The notes: generated from the sequence alone by a model not told the origin. Positions 39,022 through 49,125 are shown, counted from the first letter of the stretch. The stretch is 64,000 nucleotides of DNA from Candidatus Lustribacter sp. (GCA_965277805.1 OZ255842.1:3328001-3392000), one strand, 5' to 3'. Numbers and translations are program-made.

Positions 39022-41243
39022 CCGAGACTCCGATCCGCATCCGCATCGGATGCAAGCGCAGGACGCAGTGCCGCTCCGGCAACGAAAAAGTAGTCTTCGT
39101 CGACGAGCGAACGCTGCGGCTTCACCCGGTTCGCGACCGTACCGATCACGTTCGCGACCCCCATGTTGTGTAGTTTCGCAAGCGAACGGCGGACGTCGTG
39201 CGAATCGGTCGAGTCGATCGAAAGGACCAGCACCGTTCCGTCGGCCTTGGCCGCCAGGATCGCCGCGTCGACGACCGGCATGAGCGCGGGCGCATCGATG
39301 ATAACGGTCTGATACGTCTCCAGCAGCTCTTCGAGCAATTCGTCGAACCGCCGCGACTGAATCAGCTTGACGGAGTTCGGCGTACGCGTACCGCTCGTGA
39401 GCAGATCTAGGCCTTCGTGCTCCGTGGCCATGACAACGTCGCGCAACTCGGCCGTGCCGACGAGAACGTCGCTCAGACCCCGGCCGAGTTCCTGGTTGAG
39501 CTTATCGTGGAGCGAAGGGCGGCGCAGGTCGGCGTCGATCAGCAACACGCGCGGTTCGACGTGTGCCATCGTTATGGCGGTGTTCAGCGCGACCGTCGAC
39601 TTTCCATCACCCTGAGAGGGGCTCGTGACCGTGATGCAACGCATGCGCTTATCGGCCGTTGCGCTGTAACGAAGTGACGTTACGAGTTGGAGGAACGACT
39701 CGATTGCAAACGAGCGCAGCCACGGCTCGTCGGTATCGTCGGCGGCGGAAGGCGCGGGCGGCAGTTTCCCGGAGTTCGGGAGCCGCTGCAGCGCGCCGAG
39801 TTGCGGTACCGACGCGAGCACCGGCAATTCGAGTTCGTCCTCGATTTGGCTTTCGTCACGGATGCGCCGATCGAACATAAACACGAGCAGCGTCACGATA
39901 ATGCCCAAAACCAGACTCGAAAACGCTCCTAGCACGATGTTCAGCTTGAGATCGGGACGCTGCGACGCGTCGTTTGCGGAGGCGGGCGAGGTGACGGTAA
40001 CGTCACTCAATGCGGTGGCCTTGCCGATATTCGCATCGTTTAATTTCTGGCGCAAGGCAGTGACCACATCTTCGGCAAGTTTAGCGTCACGCTGCAGCCC
40101 CAGCAGGCTTGTTGCCTTACCAGGCAACGATGCGAGCTGCGGTCGCATGTCCCCGCGCTGCCGATTCAGTTGCGCCATCTGCGCCGAGTCCGAGGCAATT
40201 TGCGCGCGCAGAGCAGCGGCTTGCTGGGTGAGTTGAACGTACAGCGGATTCGGCATCGTTTCCGCCTGGGCCACGATCGTCGCCGGCGACTGGGCAATCT
40301 CGTGCTGCAGTTCCGCCTGCTGGCGTTTGAGGCCGATCACGGTCGGATGCTGGTCGGTGTACTGTTGTTCGGCTACTTGAAGTTGCACCTTCGCTTGGGC
40401 GAGTTGCTGCTGCAGCTGACTCAGGACGGGGTTAGGCTGGACCTCCGTTTGGCCGGCGACCGTGGGGCCGATGTGGTTGAGTTGCGCGGTGATACTCGCC
40501 AGCTGAGCCGTCGCTTGACCGCGATCGACCTCGGTCGCGTTGATTTTTGCTTCCAGCCCGGCCGCGGCGTTCATGACATTCTGCGTTTGCGTCTGCAGGT
40601 CGGCCATGTTGTTTTTCGCTTGGAACGCGGTGAGCGCCGCATCAGCCACGGCGGCTTTGCGCTGCGCCGCCGGAAGCTGAGCCGACAGTGTCTTGACGGC
40701 GTCGTCTGCTTGTTGTCCGACGAGCGATCGTTCGTGATCGACGAACGCCCCGGCGAACGCGTTGGCAACCGTCGCCGACATCTCGGGACTCGACCACGTC
40801 ACCGCCAGGTCCAGGATGTTGGTATTGACGACGCTCTGGACTTTCACGTGCGAGAGCAGTGCCCCGGGCGACATCGGTAGCTTCAGCTCGTCGATGACGG
40901 CGTTGGCGACCGGATTTTCCTGGAACAATTCGGCGTACGTTTCGGAAGACTGTACTCCCGTCGCCGCGAGCAGCGCGTTCAAAAGCGGCAGCGTAGTATT
41001 CCCGCTCTCGGCACCCGGAGTGGTGACCGGTCCACCGCTGCCCGCAATCAGCTTCACGTGCGTCGTGTAGCTCCGCGGCATGAACATCGTATACGCAGCG
41101 ATGAGCAAGAACGAACCGGCGGCGACACACGCAAAGATCCGCTTGCGCCGGAGGAGAGCTTGCCACAAACGCGTCCACTCAAATTCAGGCGCCGCCTCCG
41201 CTTGGGCCGGTCGCGGGGCTTGCCCGGATGCGAGTTGATACAT
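39018..41243 (-). CDS. Polysaccharide co-polymerase / BY-kinase (Wzc-like)
   Basis: Two TMs around a coiled-coil; Walker A SPSQGDGKST, LIDADLRRP, IIDAP. Confidence 0.92.
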   Translation of the reverse strand: MYQLASGQAPRPAQAEAAPEFEWTRLWQALLRRKRIFACVAAGSFLLIAAYTMFMPRSYTTHVKLIAGSGGPVTTPGAESGNTTLPLLNALLAATGVQSSETYAELFQENPVANAVIDELKLPMSPGALLSHVKVQSVVNTNILDLAVTWSSPEMSATVANAFAGAFVDHERSLVGQQADDAVKTLSAQLPAAQRKAAVADAALTAFQAKNNMADLQTQTQNVMNAAAGLEAKINATEVDRGQATAQLASITAQLNHIGPTVAGQTEVQPNPVLSQLQQQLAQAKVQLQVAEQQYTDQHPTVIGLKRQQAELQHEIAQSPATIVAQAETMPNPLYVQLTQQAAALRAQIASDSAQMAQLNRQRGDMRPQLASLPGKATSLLGLQRDAKLAEDVVTALRQKLNDANIGKATALSDVTVTSPASANDASQRPDLKLNIVLGAFSSLVLGIIVTLLVFMFDRRIRDESQIEDELELPVLASVPQLGALQRLPNSGKLPPAPSAADDTDEPWLRSFAIESFLQLVTSLRYSATADKRMRCITVTSPSQGDGKSTVALNTAITMAHVEPRVLLIDADLRRPSLHDKLNQELGRGLSDVLVGTAELRDVVMATEHEGLDLLTSGTRTPNSVKLIQSRRFDELLEELLETYQTVIIDAPALMPVVDAAILAAKADGTVLVLSIDSTDSHDVRRSLAKLHNMGVANVIGTVANRVKPQRSLVDEDYFFVAGAALRPALASDADADRSLG

Positions 41244-41265
41244 GGCTTCGATTCCTCCGACGTGA

Positions 41266-42153
41266 CTACAAGAAGAGCAAACGGGTCAGCAAAAAGACCG
41301 CGTTCGTAAGATTGCCGTGTGACTGCTTGGCGATGGGAACGTACACCGTGTCGCCTTTGCGCATGCGTGGGTCGAAGCGAGCGTCACCCTTCTCCAGCGC
41401 CTGGTAAAGATCGACGGGATGCGAAGCCGTCTTTCCATCGTCTTCCGTTCGCGTGACGACGACGCGCGTCAGATCGGCCTGTGACGATGCGTCGTTGCCG
41501 GCCTTGGCGATTGCGATCGACAACCGGTCGCCCTCGTTGAGCGAGAGCACGCCCGGATGATTGACCGCGCCGAGAACCTTGATGTCGAACGTCGCCGGGC
41601 CCGGTACGTAGACGGCGGCCCGATCTGTTAAGCGGATATCGCGGTCAGGGTCGCCGCCGCGCAGCAGCTTGTCCAGCGATATGTGGTAGGTCGTCCCGTC
41701 TTGCAGCGCGATGCGCGCGACCGGATACTCGCCGTTGATCGATGTATCCATTCCGCCGGCCGCCGCAATGGCGTCGCTGAGCCGTGCGCCGGGAGCCAGC
41801 GCGTATTCGCCGGAGTTGGTCACGTCGCCAAGGACGAGGACGTCGATATGTCCCGCGCTGATCACGTTTACCGACACGCGCGGATCGCGAACGTAACGCT
41901 TCAGGACGGCCGCGATCGCATCGCTCGCCCCCTGCGGTGTCGCACCCGCAACGCGAACTTCACCGATCAGCGGCAATCCGATCGTACCGTCGCTCGCAAC
42001 GGTAACCTGTTGCGAGATGTCGCTTTCACCCGAGATCTGCACGTTGAGCTGATCGCCGGCATGCACCACCGTCTGCGGCGGCGGCGAATCCGCCAACAGC
42101 GTTCCGGTGGTCGAAAGCAGCGCGGCGCAGCACAGCGCCAAGATCAAACGCAT
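41266..42153 (-). CDS. Second polysaccharide export protein (Wza/OPX)
   Basis: HAGDQLNVQISG, LPLIG, GDRLSIAIAKAG, GDTVYVP; paralog of 38113..39021. Confidence 0.9.
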   Translation of the reverse strand: MRLILALCCAALLSTTGTLLADSPPPQTVVHAGDQLNVQISGESDISQQVTVASDGTIGLPLIGEVRVAGATPQGASDAIAAVLKRYVRDPRVSVNVISAGHIDVLVLGDVTNSGEYALAPGARLSDAIAAAGGMDTSINGEYPVARIALQDGTTYHISLDKLLRGGDPDRDIRLTDRAAVYVPGPATFDIKVLGAVNHPGVLSLNEGDRLSIAIAKAGNDASSQADLTRVVVTRTEDDGKTASHPVDLYQALEKGDARFDPRMRKGDTVYVPIAKQSHGNLTNAVFLLTRLLFL

Positions 42154-42758
42154 CAATCCGTGGCCACGAAGAGCGTGAAGTGTTCTTCCTGCAACGCGTT
42201 GACCGCCGCAACGCCGGCGGGCACCAGCATCATGCCGGGCAGCAGATGACCGGTCAGCGTTTGCAGTGACGTTCCGCAACGGCTGGCGAGTTGGGTCAGG
42301 GCGTTTTGGCAAACAAAAAAGGAGGCATGCCGGCGCTGCAGGTCGGTGATCGCCCAGCCCTGCGGCGCGCGCAGAAACGGATTTCCCGCCGTTGTGGACG
42401 TTACGCGGTCGCCCGCACTTCGAAGCAGCTGCGCGAGCGCGTACGTATTCCACGCATCGTCGTCCAATCCGAGGGCGACGCCGTTGCGATAGAACACGGC
42501 AGCGGCGTGAAGCGTCCCCGGACCCTCACCGAATCCGGTTTCGTATGCGTTGAGCGAGTTGTACATGAACCCGAACACCGCTCCGTCGGCGACCTGCCCG
42601 CTCGCAAACGCTTGACGATGCGAAAACGGCAAGCGTAGCCGCGCTTCGAAGGCAGGGCGGTCGAACGTTGCGCTCGCAGCCGAAGCCGGGAGCGCAAGTC
42701 CGGCCGAAGCCGCGCTCATCGCTCCGGCGGCCAAGAAGGCCGCTCGCTTTACGGGCAT
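42153..42758 (-). CDS. Exported DsrE/DsrF-like protein
   Basis: Tat-like leader KRAAFL; C-terminal FFVCQNAL...VPAGVAAVNALQEEHF. Confidence 0.65.
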   Translation of the reverse strand: MPVKRAAFLAAGAMSAASAGLALPASAASATFDRPAFEARLRLPFSHRQAFASGQVADGAVFGFMYNSLNAYETGFGEGPGTLHAAAVFYRNGVALGLDDDAWNTYALAQLLRSAGDRVTSTTAGNPFLRAPQGWAITDLQRRHASFFVCQNALTQLASRCGTSLQTLTGHLLPGMMLVPAGVAAVNALQEEHFTLFVATD

Positions 42759-43474
42759 CCGACCGGCGGTGCCGCGATCGGACCGCTGCCGCTGCCGGCG
42801 CTGAGCGCCGCTAAGCCGAAGAGTAAGGGTGCGAGGAAGAGTGCGTTATGCTTCGCAGCCACCGGCGCGGGCGGAAATTCGGTCGGGGGCGCGGGTGCTA
42901 CTGCGACGGGCTGATCGTCCGGCGGCGCAGCGGGCACATCCGCCACCGCTACCGGTGCGGCTGCGGGGACAACGGGCGCCGGCGGCACGACCGCCGCGAC
43001 GTGCGCGGGCGGCGCCGTTCGATGGGCGATCACCTTGCCTGGCTGACGCACGAGCGAAAGATTGCCGCATTTCGCAGGCATGTAGAGGGCCAAGACCTGG
43101 CCGTGCGAAGGAACGTCGACTTCCCAGCCATGCGTGCCGGCCGGGATGATGACGTCGTGCAGCGCGTAGACTTTGCCGCCGGCTTGCCAGGTCATCGAAT
43201 CGAGATGTCGCGGAACGGTGACCCAGGCAACGCGCGACGAGTCGATAGCGGCGTGAAACTGCGCGTACTCTCCGGGAGTCAGGCCGAGACGCGCCGCCGC
43301 CGCCGAAACGATACCTTCGTTACGGGCCACGCTAGCGCGCATTTCGGCTGTCGAGCGGCTCGTGCCGAGCAACGGCGCGGACCCCAGCTCGGCGATGACC
43401 GTCGGCTTCGCTAACGCGGGCGCTCCGCATAATGCGACGCATGCGGCGGCGAGAAAAATTCGTTGAGCAATCAT
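42749..43474 (-). CDS. Secreted Pro-rich protein with a C-terminal hydrophobic anchor
   Basis: Signal peptide ending ALA-K, KCGNLS motif, Pro/Ala/Val linker, ALFLAPLLFGLAALSAG. Confidence 0.75.
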   Translation of the reverse strand: MIAQRIFLAAACVALCGAPALAKPTVIAELGSAPLLGTSRSTAEMRASVARNEGIVSAAAARLGLTPGEYAQFHAAIDSSRVAWVTVPRHLDSMTWQAGGKVYALHDVIIPAGTHGWEVDVPSHGQVLALYMPAKCGNLSLVRQPGKVIAHRTAPPAHVAAVVPPAPVVPAAAPVAVADVPAAPPDDQPVAVAPAPPTEFPPAPVAAKHNALFLAPLLFGLAALSAGSGSGPIAAPPVGCP

Positions 43475-43506
43475 CGGCGTGCCTTCCTGAAGTCTGTGAC
43501 GAGAGA

Positions 43507-43944
43507 CTACCATGTCATGCGCGGCGCCGGATGTGCTGCACGGGTCGTTCGGCTTAGGGCCTTTGCCCTAGGCGACGGCTGGTGAACGTACATCGAGTGG
43601 GCATTGTGGGAAACGGTTTCCGGCGCGTCGCTCCGCACGATACGAAGGAGACGGTCCATCCGTGCGGCGATAAGGATACGGCGTAGTGTCGGCGTCAGAT
43701 TTACAAGGGAAACGTTCTCCGCGCCCAGGCGGCGCGTGAGCAAAACGACTTCCGCCAATGCGGCAGCCCCGAGCCAGGCGCGAGTGAGATCGATGGTCAC
43801 TGGGCCGGAGGCCCAGCCGAAGGCCTCGTGCAGCGCCGGCTGTGCGCAAGAGTCGAATTGGCCGTTCAAGCGGATGATCAAGGTGGCCCCTCTCCATAGA
43901 AGCTGCGGACGAGAATAAGAATAAACGGGCGCTCGCAGACGCAC
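43507..43944 (-). CDS. STAS-domain (anti-sigma antagonist-like) protein
   Basis: IIRLNGQFD, VTIDLT, LVNLTPTLRRIL..ARMDRL; the usual DSSG phospho-site appears replaced by GAAA. Confidence 0.6.
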   Translation of the reverse strand: MRLRAPVYSYSRPQLLWRGATLIIRLNGQFDSCAQPALHEAFGWASGPVTIDLTRAWLGAAALAEVVLLTRRLGAENVSLVNLTPTLRRILIAARMDRLLRIVRSDAPETVSHNAHSMYVHQPSPRAKALSRTTRAAHPAPRMTW

Positions 43945-43969
43945 GAGCGCTGGAAGTCGCGAATGTTAC

Positions 43970-43983
43970 GGGACCAATGGCCT
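43970..43983. promoter_or_regulatory. Putative NarL/DosR-like operator GGGAC-CAAT-GGCCT
   Basis: Strong box directly upstream of the STAS...wza-wzc-wza unit. Confidence 0.5.
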
Positions 43984-45634
43984 ATTGCTGTTGCCGGCGT
44001 ACGATCGCGATCGATGGGCCGGTTGGGTCCTTCAGAGTAAAGACGACGCGCGCACGCGGATCCGGAATTCCCGCAGCCAGCCATTTGGTGACGTATGGAC
44101 GCTCACTCGCGTACTCGCTGTCGAGTACGACGTAGCGCGGATTGACTTGCTCCACATAGCGCAAAGCCGTGGCGGCATCGGGCGCGTACGGTAGCATCCA
44201 CCACGTGCCGCCCGCGTAGAATACCGACTGGTCGCTGATGCTCAGGATGCGCGCGCCGGCGCCGCCGTTCTGCGCGAGCCACGTCCCGGCCGTCCGCTCG
44301 ACGAGCGACTGAGCATCGTCGACGAACCGGATCTTAGTCGAAAACAAGAGCGCGAGCAAGCACACAGCGAGGAGCGCCGGCGCTGCAAGGGCCACGAAGC
44401 GATTGGACACGCGCCGGGCGATCGCGGCCTCGGTCACGGCGATGCCGTTCGCGGCCCAAACGATCAAGAGTGGCACGAAGCCTACGAAGTAGCGATCCCA
44501 AAAGTGAAAAACGGAGGCCAGGGCGATCGCAATGACCACGCCGTACGCGACCAGGATCGCCTGATTCCAAACCCGGCGCCGCGACCATGGTCCGGCACAA
44601 AATCCAAATGCTGCGAGCAGGCTGAGCGCCACGGTCCCGCACAACGGGGAGATAATGACGTGAGCGATTTCGCGCACGTGCCGGGCGAGATTCTGCAGCC
44701 CGAAGAGCGCGACGGTTCCGAACCCGGGCTTCGCGCGGCCCGGCGGCTCGAAGTAGTACGCCTGGTCGAGCTCGGGCCCGGTTTGCTTCAAATTGCGGTC
44801 GATGGCATCGGCGGCAACCGTGTAACTCATGCCGCTCTTCATCCGCAATCCGATATCCAGGTTCAAGACGCTCTTGCCCTCGATGCGGATGTGACCGGCA
44901 TGCGAGGTTAAGAACGCGACGTACGGCGCGACCAGGACAAGGAACGGAAGGACCAGCGCAAGCATCACGACGGCGGCGCTGCGGCTGTTGGCGCGCCACA
45001 GCACGAACGTGACGAGCACGACGACGGCGGCCAGCCCCCATAGCAGGGCCCCTTCGGGGCGCGTGAGATAGGCCAGCGCGAGTGCGATGCTGCAAGCGGG
45101 GGCATCGGCCGCGCGCCCGCCGTTGACGATGCGCAACAAGAAGTGAACGCCGGTGGCTGCCAGCGTCAGGAACAGCATATCGGCGAGGACGACCGTCGAG
45201 AGCTGGACGGCAAACGGGAGAACGGCGGTTATGAGCGCTGCCGCATATCCCGCCGCCCGTCCGTAACAGGTGGCCGCGATGCCGTACGCGGGAAAGATGA
45301 ACGCCGCGCCGCTGAGCAAGGACACGTCGACGCCGGCCTGCGCGACGTCGCCGGCAAGCGGAAGCAGCGCGGCGATTGCGAGCGGGTACAACGGCGGAAA
45401 GACGAACATCGTCGTCCCGCGCAAGCCGACATATCCATGCCCGGCGACGAGATTGGCCGCGATTCTCGCGTACTCGGCTCCGTCCCACGTGATCTCACTC
45501 GGCCCGTGCCAAACGAGCCATGCGATGCGGACCGCAAGCGCGCAGAGCGCGATGCCGAGCAGCATGACGACCGTGGACACGTGCCCTACGGCCCGTGCCT
45601 GAGATCCGCCGGCGGTCGCTACGCGCGTCGACAC
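43982..45634 (-). CDS. GT-C glycosyltransferase (ArnT/PMT-like), intact copy
   Basis: WDGAEY, FPPLYP, YLTRPEG, WDRYF; C-terminal extracytoplasmic domain present. Confidence 0.85.
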   Translation of the reverse strand: MSTRVATAGGSQARAVGHVSTVVMLLGIALCALAVRIAWLVWHGPSEITWDGAEYARIAANLVAGHGYVGLRGTTMFVFPPLYPLAIAALLPLAGDVAQAGVDVSLLSGAAFIFPAYGIAATCYGRAAGYAAALITAVLPFAVQLSTVVLADMLFLTLAATGVHFLLRIVNGGRAADAPACSIALALAYLTRPEGALLWGLAAVVVLVTFVLWRANSRSAAVVMLALVLPFLVLVAPYVAFLTSHAGHIRIEGKSVLNLDIGLRMKSGMSYTVAADAIDRNLKQTGPELDQAYYFEPPGRAKPGFGTVALFGLQNLARHVREIAHVIISPLCGTVALSLLAAFGFCAGPWSRRRVWNQAILVAYGVVIAIALASVFHFWDRYFVGFVPLLIVWAANGIAVTEAAIARRVSNRFVALAAPALLAVCLLALLFSTKIRFVDDAQSLVERTAGTWLAQNGGAGARILSISDQSVFYAGGTWWMLPYAPDAATALRYVEQVNPRYVVLDSEYASERPYVTKWLAAGIPDPRARVVFTLKDPTGPSIAIVRRQQQ

Positions 45635-45649
45635 GATGGACGAGGGAAT

Positions 45650-45940
45650 TTAGTGGAGCGAACGGCGCGGAGCGCGCAGTCCTGGCTCGTCACCCTTGAT
45701 CGTCGTTGCAAACCGGGTGCCCGCCGGAACGGCCTCGCGGGGACTCCGGCGGCGCGCCATGTATTCACCGTGCACGGCGCAGCCGACGAAGTGGACCGAG
45801 TCGAAATCTTTTCCGACGCACGCGCAGCCGCAGGCCCACGAGGCACCGACGCACGTCGTGCCGACGCGCAGTACCGGCTCCGCCGCCGGAGCGATCGGAC
45901 ACTCTTTGAGGCGTAAACGGATCGAGAGCAGTGCATCCAT
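45650..45940 (-). CDS. Small Cys/His-rich protein (WxCGC...CxxH), copy A
   Basis: WACGCAC...GCAVH; conserved in the duplicate at 52368..52661. Confidence 0.65.
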   Translation of the reverse strand: MDALLSIRLRLKECPIAPAAEPVLRVGTTCVGASWACGCACVGKDFDSVHFVGCAVHGEYMARRRSPREAVPAGTRFATTIKGDEPGLRAPRRSLH

Positions 45941-46014
45941 CGAATAAGGTTAGCGCGCACGGCGCCGCAACGCATGGGTCAAGCTGCCCAAAACGGCAGG
46001 GCCGATCGGTGCTC

Positions 46015-46570
46015 CTACGCCGTTCGTTTGACCGGCTCGACGCCATGCGCCGGACCGAGACGCGTTCGTGTCGCTGCGAAGCCCGCCTTGAGCAGCGACT
46101 GTACAAGACGGTAACCCGCTGTCGGCGTCCTAATGATCTTGAATGTGTTGGTGGCCGGCGCAAAGTGCGCGCTCGCCGAACCACCGAAGCGCATGAGCCA
46201 AAGCGGGTTCGAGGATCCGAAACGATGCCGTATGCGTGAACGTGTGCGTGGTCGACCGTCGACGTTGCTGTGCGGCGGCACCACCATCGACTCTTGCGTG
46301 AAATCGGGATGCGTCGCCGGTGAAGCTTGATCGAGCTCGAGTTCGCCGGGGATGTAGCCCGGCTTATTGGCCGCCACCGCGTACTGGGTTATCTTACCAG
46401 TCGGCGGATCGAGTGTGCCGATATTTTGCTGACCGAAATCCGAGTATAAAATTTGACCGTCGACGTTTTGGATCACATCGTGCTGCTGCACCAAATGTTC
46501 GGCAGATCGTACGACGTGATGATGACGTGGGTGGCCGCGCCCTTCAGACGCGGCACGGTTTTCAGAGCCC
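46015..46570 (-). pseudogene. Chimeric remnant: internally deleted Vgb-like propeller fragment (about 46120-46570) fused to an acyltransferase 3' end (46015-46115)
   Basis: YSDFGQQN.G.LDP.TGK, ATHPDFTQESMV and FKII.TPT match 56578..58248; YRLVQSLLKAGFA...VEPVKRTA matches the end of 52736..53869. Confidence 0.88.
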
Positions 46571-46763
46571 TGTTTTCTGTATAGGCGCGCGCGCTCGCCG
46601 GCGCGACGTTGGATATGCTTCACGGCGCCTAGCGTCGAGGGTCATATGGCATGGTGCGCGTAGGAACCGCGGCCCCTCGCTCTAGGTGTTCGACGCGAGG
46701 TACAATGCAAAGCCATGGTACCAACCGGTTCGTCGTCGCCCGGAAGTCGGCGATCGGCCCCAC

Positions 46764-48317
46764 ATGCCTGACAACCCCTCCCGCACAAAAATCGACATAG
46801 CCGCCGGTACGATCGCGATACTCGCTATTGCGATCGCAGCTGTCACGCGCATCGGGGGGATTTTCCGCTACACGGATTTCTTCGGTGACGAGGCTCGTGA
46901 CGCGCTTCGAGTCCTCGCGATGCACGCCGGGTCCTGGCCTACACTGGGTCCGGAAACGCAGGTTGGGTGGCAGCTGCCGCCCCTTTACTATTACCTGATC
47001 TTTCCGGCGACGCTCTTCGGACCGCATCCGCTCTTGCAAGCACTTCCGAACGCCGTTCTCTCAGTGCTCGCAGTCGCATTGCTGATGCTTCTGGTCTATC
47101 GCCTGCTCGAGGGCGTCAACGAAGAACGTCGCCGTATCATCGCGTCGGTGTGCGGGCTTTGGTGGAGCGTTTTATTCGCCGACTTGTTCCTCAATAACCG
47201 AGAATGGAATCCGAGTTCCATTCCGTTTTTCATGCTCTGCTTCGTCCTGCTTCTGACCGAGCAGCATCGGCAGCCCCGTCTCGCCGTAAAGGCCGGCATA
47301 TGGGTCGCGATCGGTATTTGCCTGGCAATTCTCGAGAGCTTGCACGGCAGCACGCTCCTCGTAATGCCCGTCGTTTTCTTGGGCGTGACCGCGTTTGACA
47401 TAAGCCGTTGCGCTCGCGATCCGCGCCGGTGGATTGCACCGTTCGTTTCGTTACTCACCATGGGCCTTTGCCTGACGCCCTACTGGGCCGGCGAGGCGAC
47501 ACGCGGATGGGCAAATTCCCGTGCGTTCGTTAGCTCGATCTTCGCACACGGGTCCGCCGCACCGACAGTTCTGATCCGCCTCAATACGGTACGGGCGGCA
47601 TGGACGTCGATGAGCGAGCAAGTGTTCTTCGTCGATGGCGGACCCTGGCTCAAGCTCGCTGGCATCTCCGTCCTGGTCGCATTGCCGATCTTCGCGGTGC
47701 TATTGCGCTTTCGTGGCGATCGCCGTCTTCTCGCGATTCTCGTCTTTCTATGGGCCGTCTATCTCTATGCTTCGTCGAACTATTATCCTAATCCAAACTA
47801 TATCCATTACAAGTTGCCGTTACTGCTCGTGCCGATCGTTCTTACCGCGTTCATCGCGGCGAGGTTCGATGGAAGTTGGCGCGGCAGAACCGGCGTCGCA
47901 TTGCTGGCCGGCTGGATCGCAATTTCCCTCTTTCTGAACGCCCGGCTCGATGCGGATTATTTGGTTTCCAAGGCGGGAGCGGAACGGGTCATGACAGTGG
48001 ATGATATGGTTGCCGCTCTCCAGTCATTACCTGCCGGATCGACCGTCTTTCAAGAGCCAGACAAATATAACGATGAATTATCGCTCGAATATCTTGGAAC
48101 GGGCGTGGTGCACCGGGGCTTGCGGTTCGTCGCATCGCCTCAGGTGGGCGAATTCGTCATCCAGCCGCGATATGATTACCGTCATTCGAGCCGTGAAAAC
48201 TATGAGACGTCGGACTTCCACCTGCGTCCGCTCGAACCGATAACATCGCCGCTTCTGAGTCACGTGCTGCAGCCTTTCGCCGAGGCGCCGGCCTACCGGA
48301 TCTATGTGCTAAAGTAG
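46764..48317 (+). CDS. GT-C glycosyltransferase (ArnT-like)
   Basis: GDEARD, PTLGP, LPPLYYY, WNPSSIPFF; multi-TM. Confidence 0.8.
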   Translation: MPDNPSRTKIDIAAGTIAILAIAIAAVTRIGGIFRYTDFFGDEARDALRVLAMHAGSWPTLGPETQVGWQLPPLYYYLIFPATLFGPHPLLQALPNAVLSVLAVALLMLLVYRLLEGVNEERRRIIASVCGLWWSVLFADLFLNNREWNPSSIPFFMLCFVLLLTEQHRQPRLAVKAGIWVAIGICLAILESLHGSTLLVMPVVFLGVTAFDISRCARDPRRWIAPFVSLLTMGLCLTPYWAGEATRGWANSRAFVSSIFAHGSAAPTVLIRLNTVRAAWTSMSEQVFFVDGGPWLKLAGISVLVALPIFAVLLRFRGDRRLLAILVFLWAVYLYASSNYYPNPNYIHYKLPLLLVPIVLTAFIAARFDGSWRGRTGVALLAGWIAISLFLNARLDADYLVSKAGAERVMTVDDMVAALQSLPAGSTVFQEPDKYNDELSLEYLGTGVVHRGLRFVASPQVGEFVIQPRYDYRHSSRENYETSDFHLRPLEPITSPLLSHVLQPFAEAPAYRIYVLK

Positions 48318-48333
48318 GCTTCCGGAAAATGAG

Positions 48334-49125
48334 CTAGAATCGACGGCGGCCAAAAAGGCGGCCGCGATAAATCCGCCCCAGCTGACGGAGATAGTTGAAG
48401 ATTTCTTTTTGATTCAATTTCGAGTCGCCCGCGAGACGATCCGTGAACACGTATGGTACTTCAAGCGCGCGGCCGTAGCGGGCCTTGGCGATCACTTCGA
48501 GACCGATCTTGAAACCAATCGGGTCGATTTCAATGCCGTCGAGCGACGAGCGCCGAACGAGAAAGAAGCCCGACGTGATATCGCGCACGCGCGTCAATGG
48601 CTTCGCTAATGCGATGGCAACCAGCGAAGTGATGCGGCGCCGCATCGGCCAGTTCTCGATACCGCCTCCCGGCACATAGCGCGACCCGATCGCCAAGCCA
48701 TACTCGCCCGAGGCCAGCGCCACAATCATCTCGGGGATCACTTTTGGGTCGTGAGAGAAGTCCGCATCGATTGCGCCCACGACATCGGATTCCGGCCTGG
48801 CGAAGCGCCAGCCGTCGATCACGGCCGATGACAAACCCAGCTTGCCGGGCCGATGCAGACAGCGCACAGGATACACCTCAGCCAAGGCATCGACGACCGC
48901 GCCGGTGCCGTCGGGCGAGTTGTCGTCGACGACGATGATCTCACCATCGAGGCGATGTGCCCTGAATACAGAGACGAGAGAAGCAATTAGCCGTTCGATG
49001 CCGGCGGCCTCATTGTAGGTCGGTACGACGATCGAGAACTTCAGCGCACGCGCTGCCCGGCCGCTTTCAGCTTCTTCCACGTGAAGCACGGTTTGCGCTA
49101 GCAAGTTCGAACCGGAGTAAGCCAT
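48334..49125 (-). CDS. Polyprenol-phosphate mannose synthase-like GT2 (DPM1 family)
   Basis: VVPTYNE, VDDNSPDGTG, DADFSHDP, GSRYVPGG, GFKIGLE, GDSKL. True start may be downstream. Confidence 0.92.
   Translation of the reverse strand: MAYSGSNLLAQTVLHVEEAESGRAARALKFSIVVPTYNEAAGIERLIASLVSVFRAHRLDGEIIVVDDNSPDGTGAVVDALAEVYPVRCLHRPGKLGLSSAVIDGWRFARPESDVVGAIDADFSHDPKVIPEMIVALASGEYGLAIGSRYVPGGGIENWPMRRRITSLVAIALAKPLTRVRDITSGFFLVRRSSLDGIEIDPIGFKIGLEVIAKARYGRALEVPYVFTDRLAGDSKLNQKEIFNYLRQLGRIYRGRLFGRRRF

Larger units (their letters stand above)
44295..46570 (-). repeat. Copy A of a segmental duplication (homologous to parts of 51060..57592)
   Basis: Direct nucleotide similarity, e.g. 45971 cgcatgggtcaagctgccc = 52692 and 46501 ggcagatcgtacgacgtgatgatgacgtgggt = 57524. 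Confidence 0.9.

Noticed and set aside
39037-39053. Hairpin GCATCCG-CAT-CGGATGC near the wza RBS
   Set aside because: Short, inside wzc coding sequence (DADAD), no U-tract; compatible with chance.
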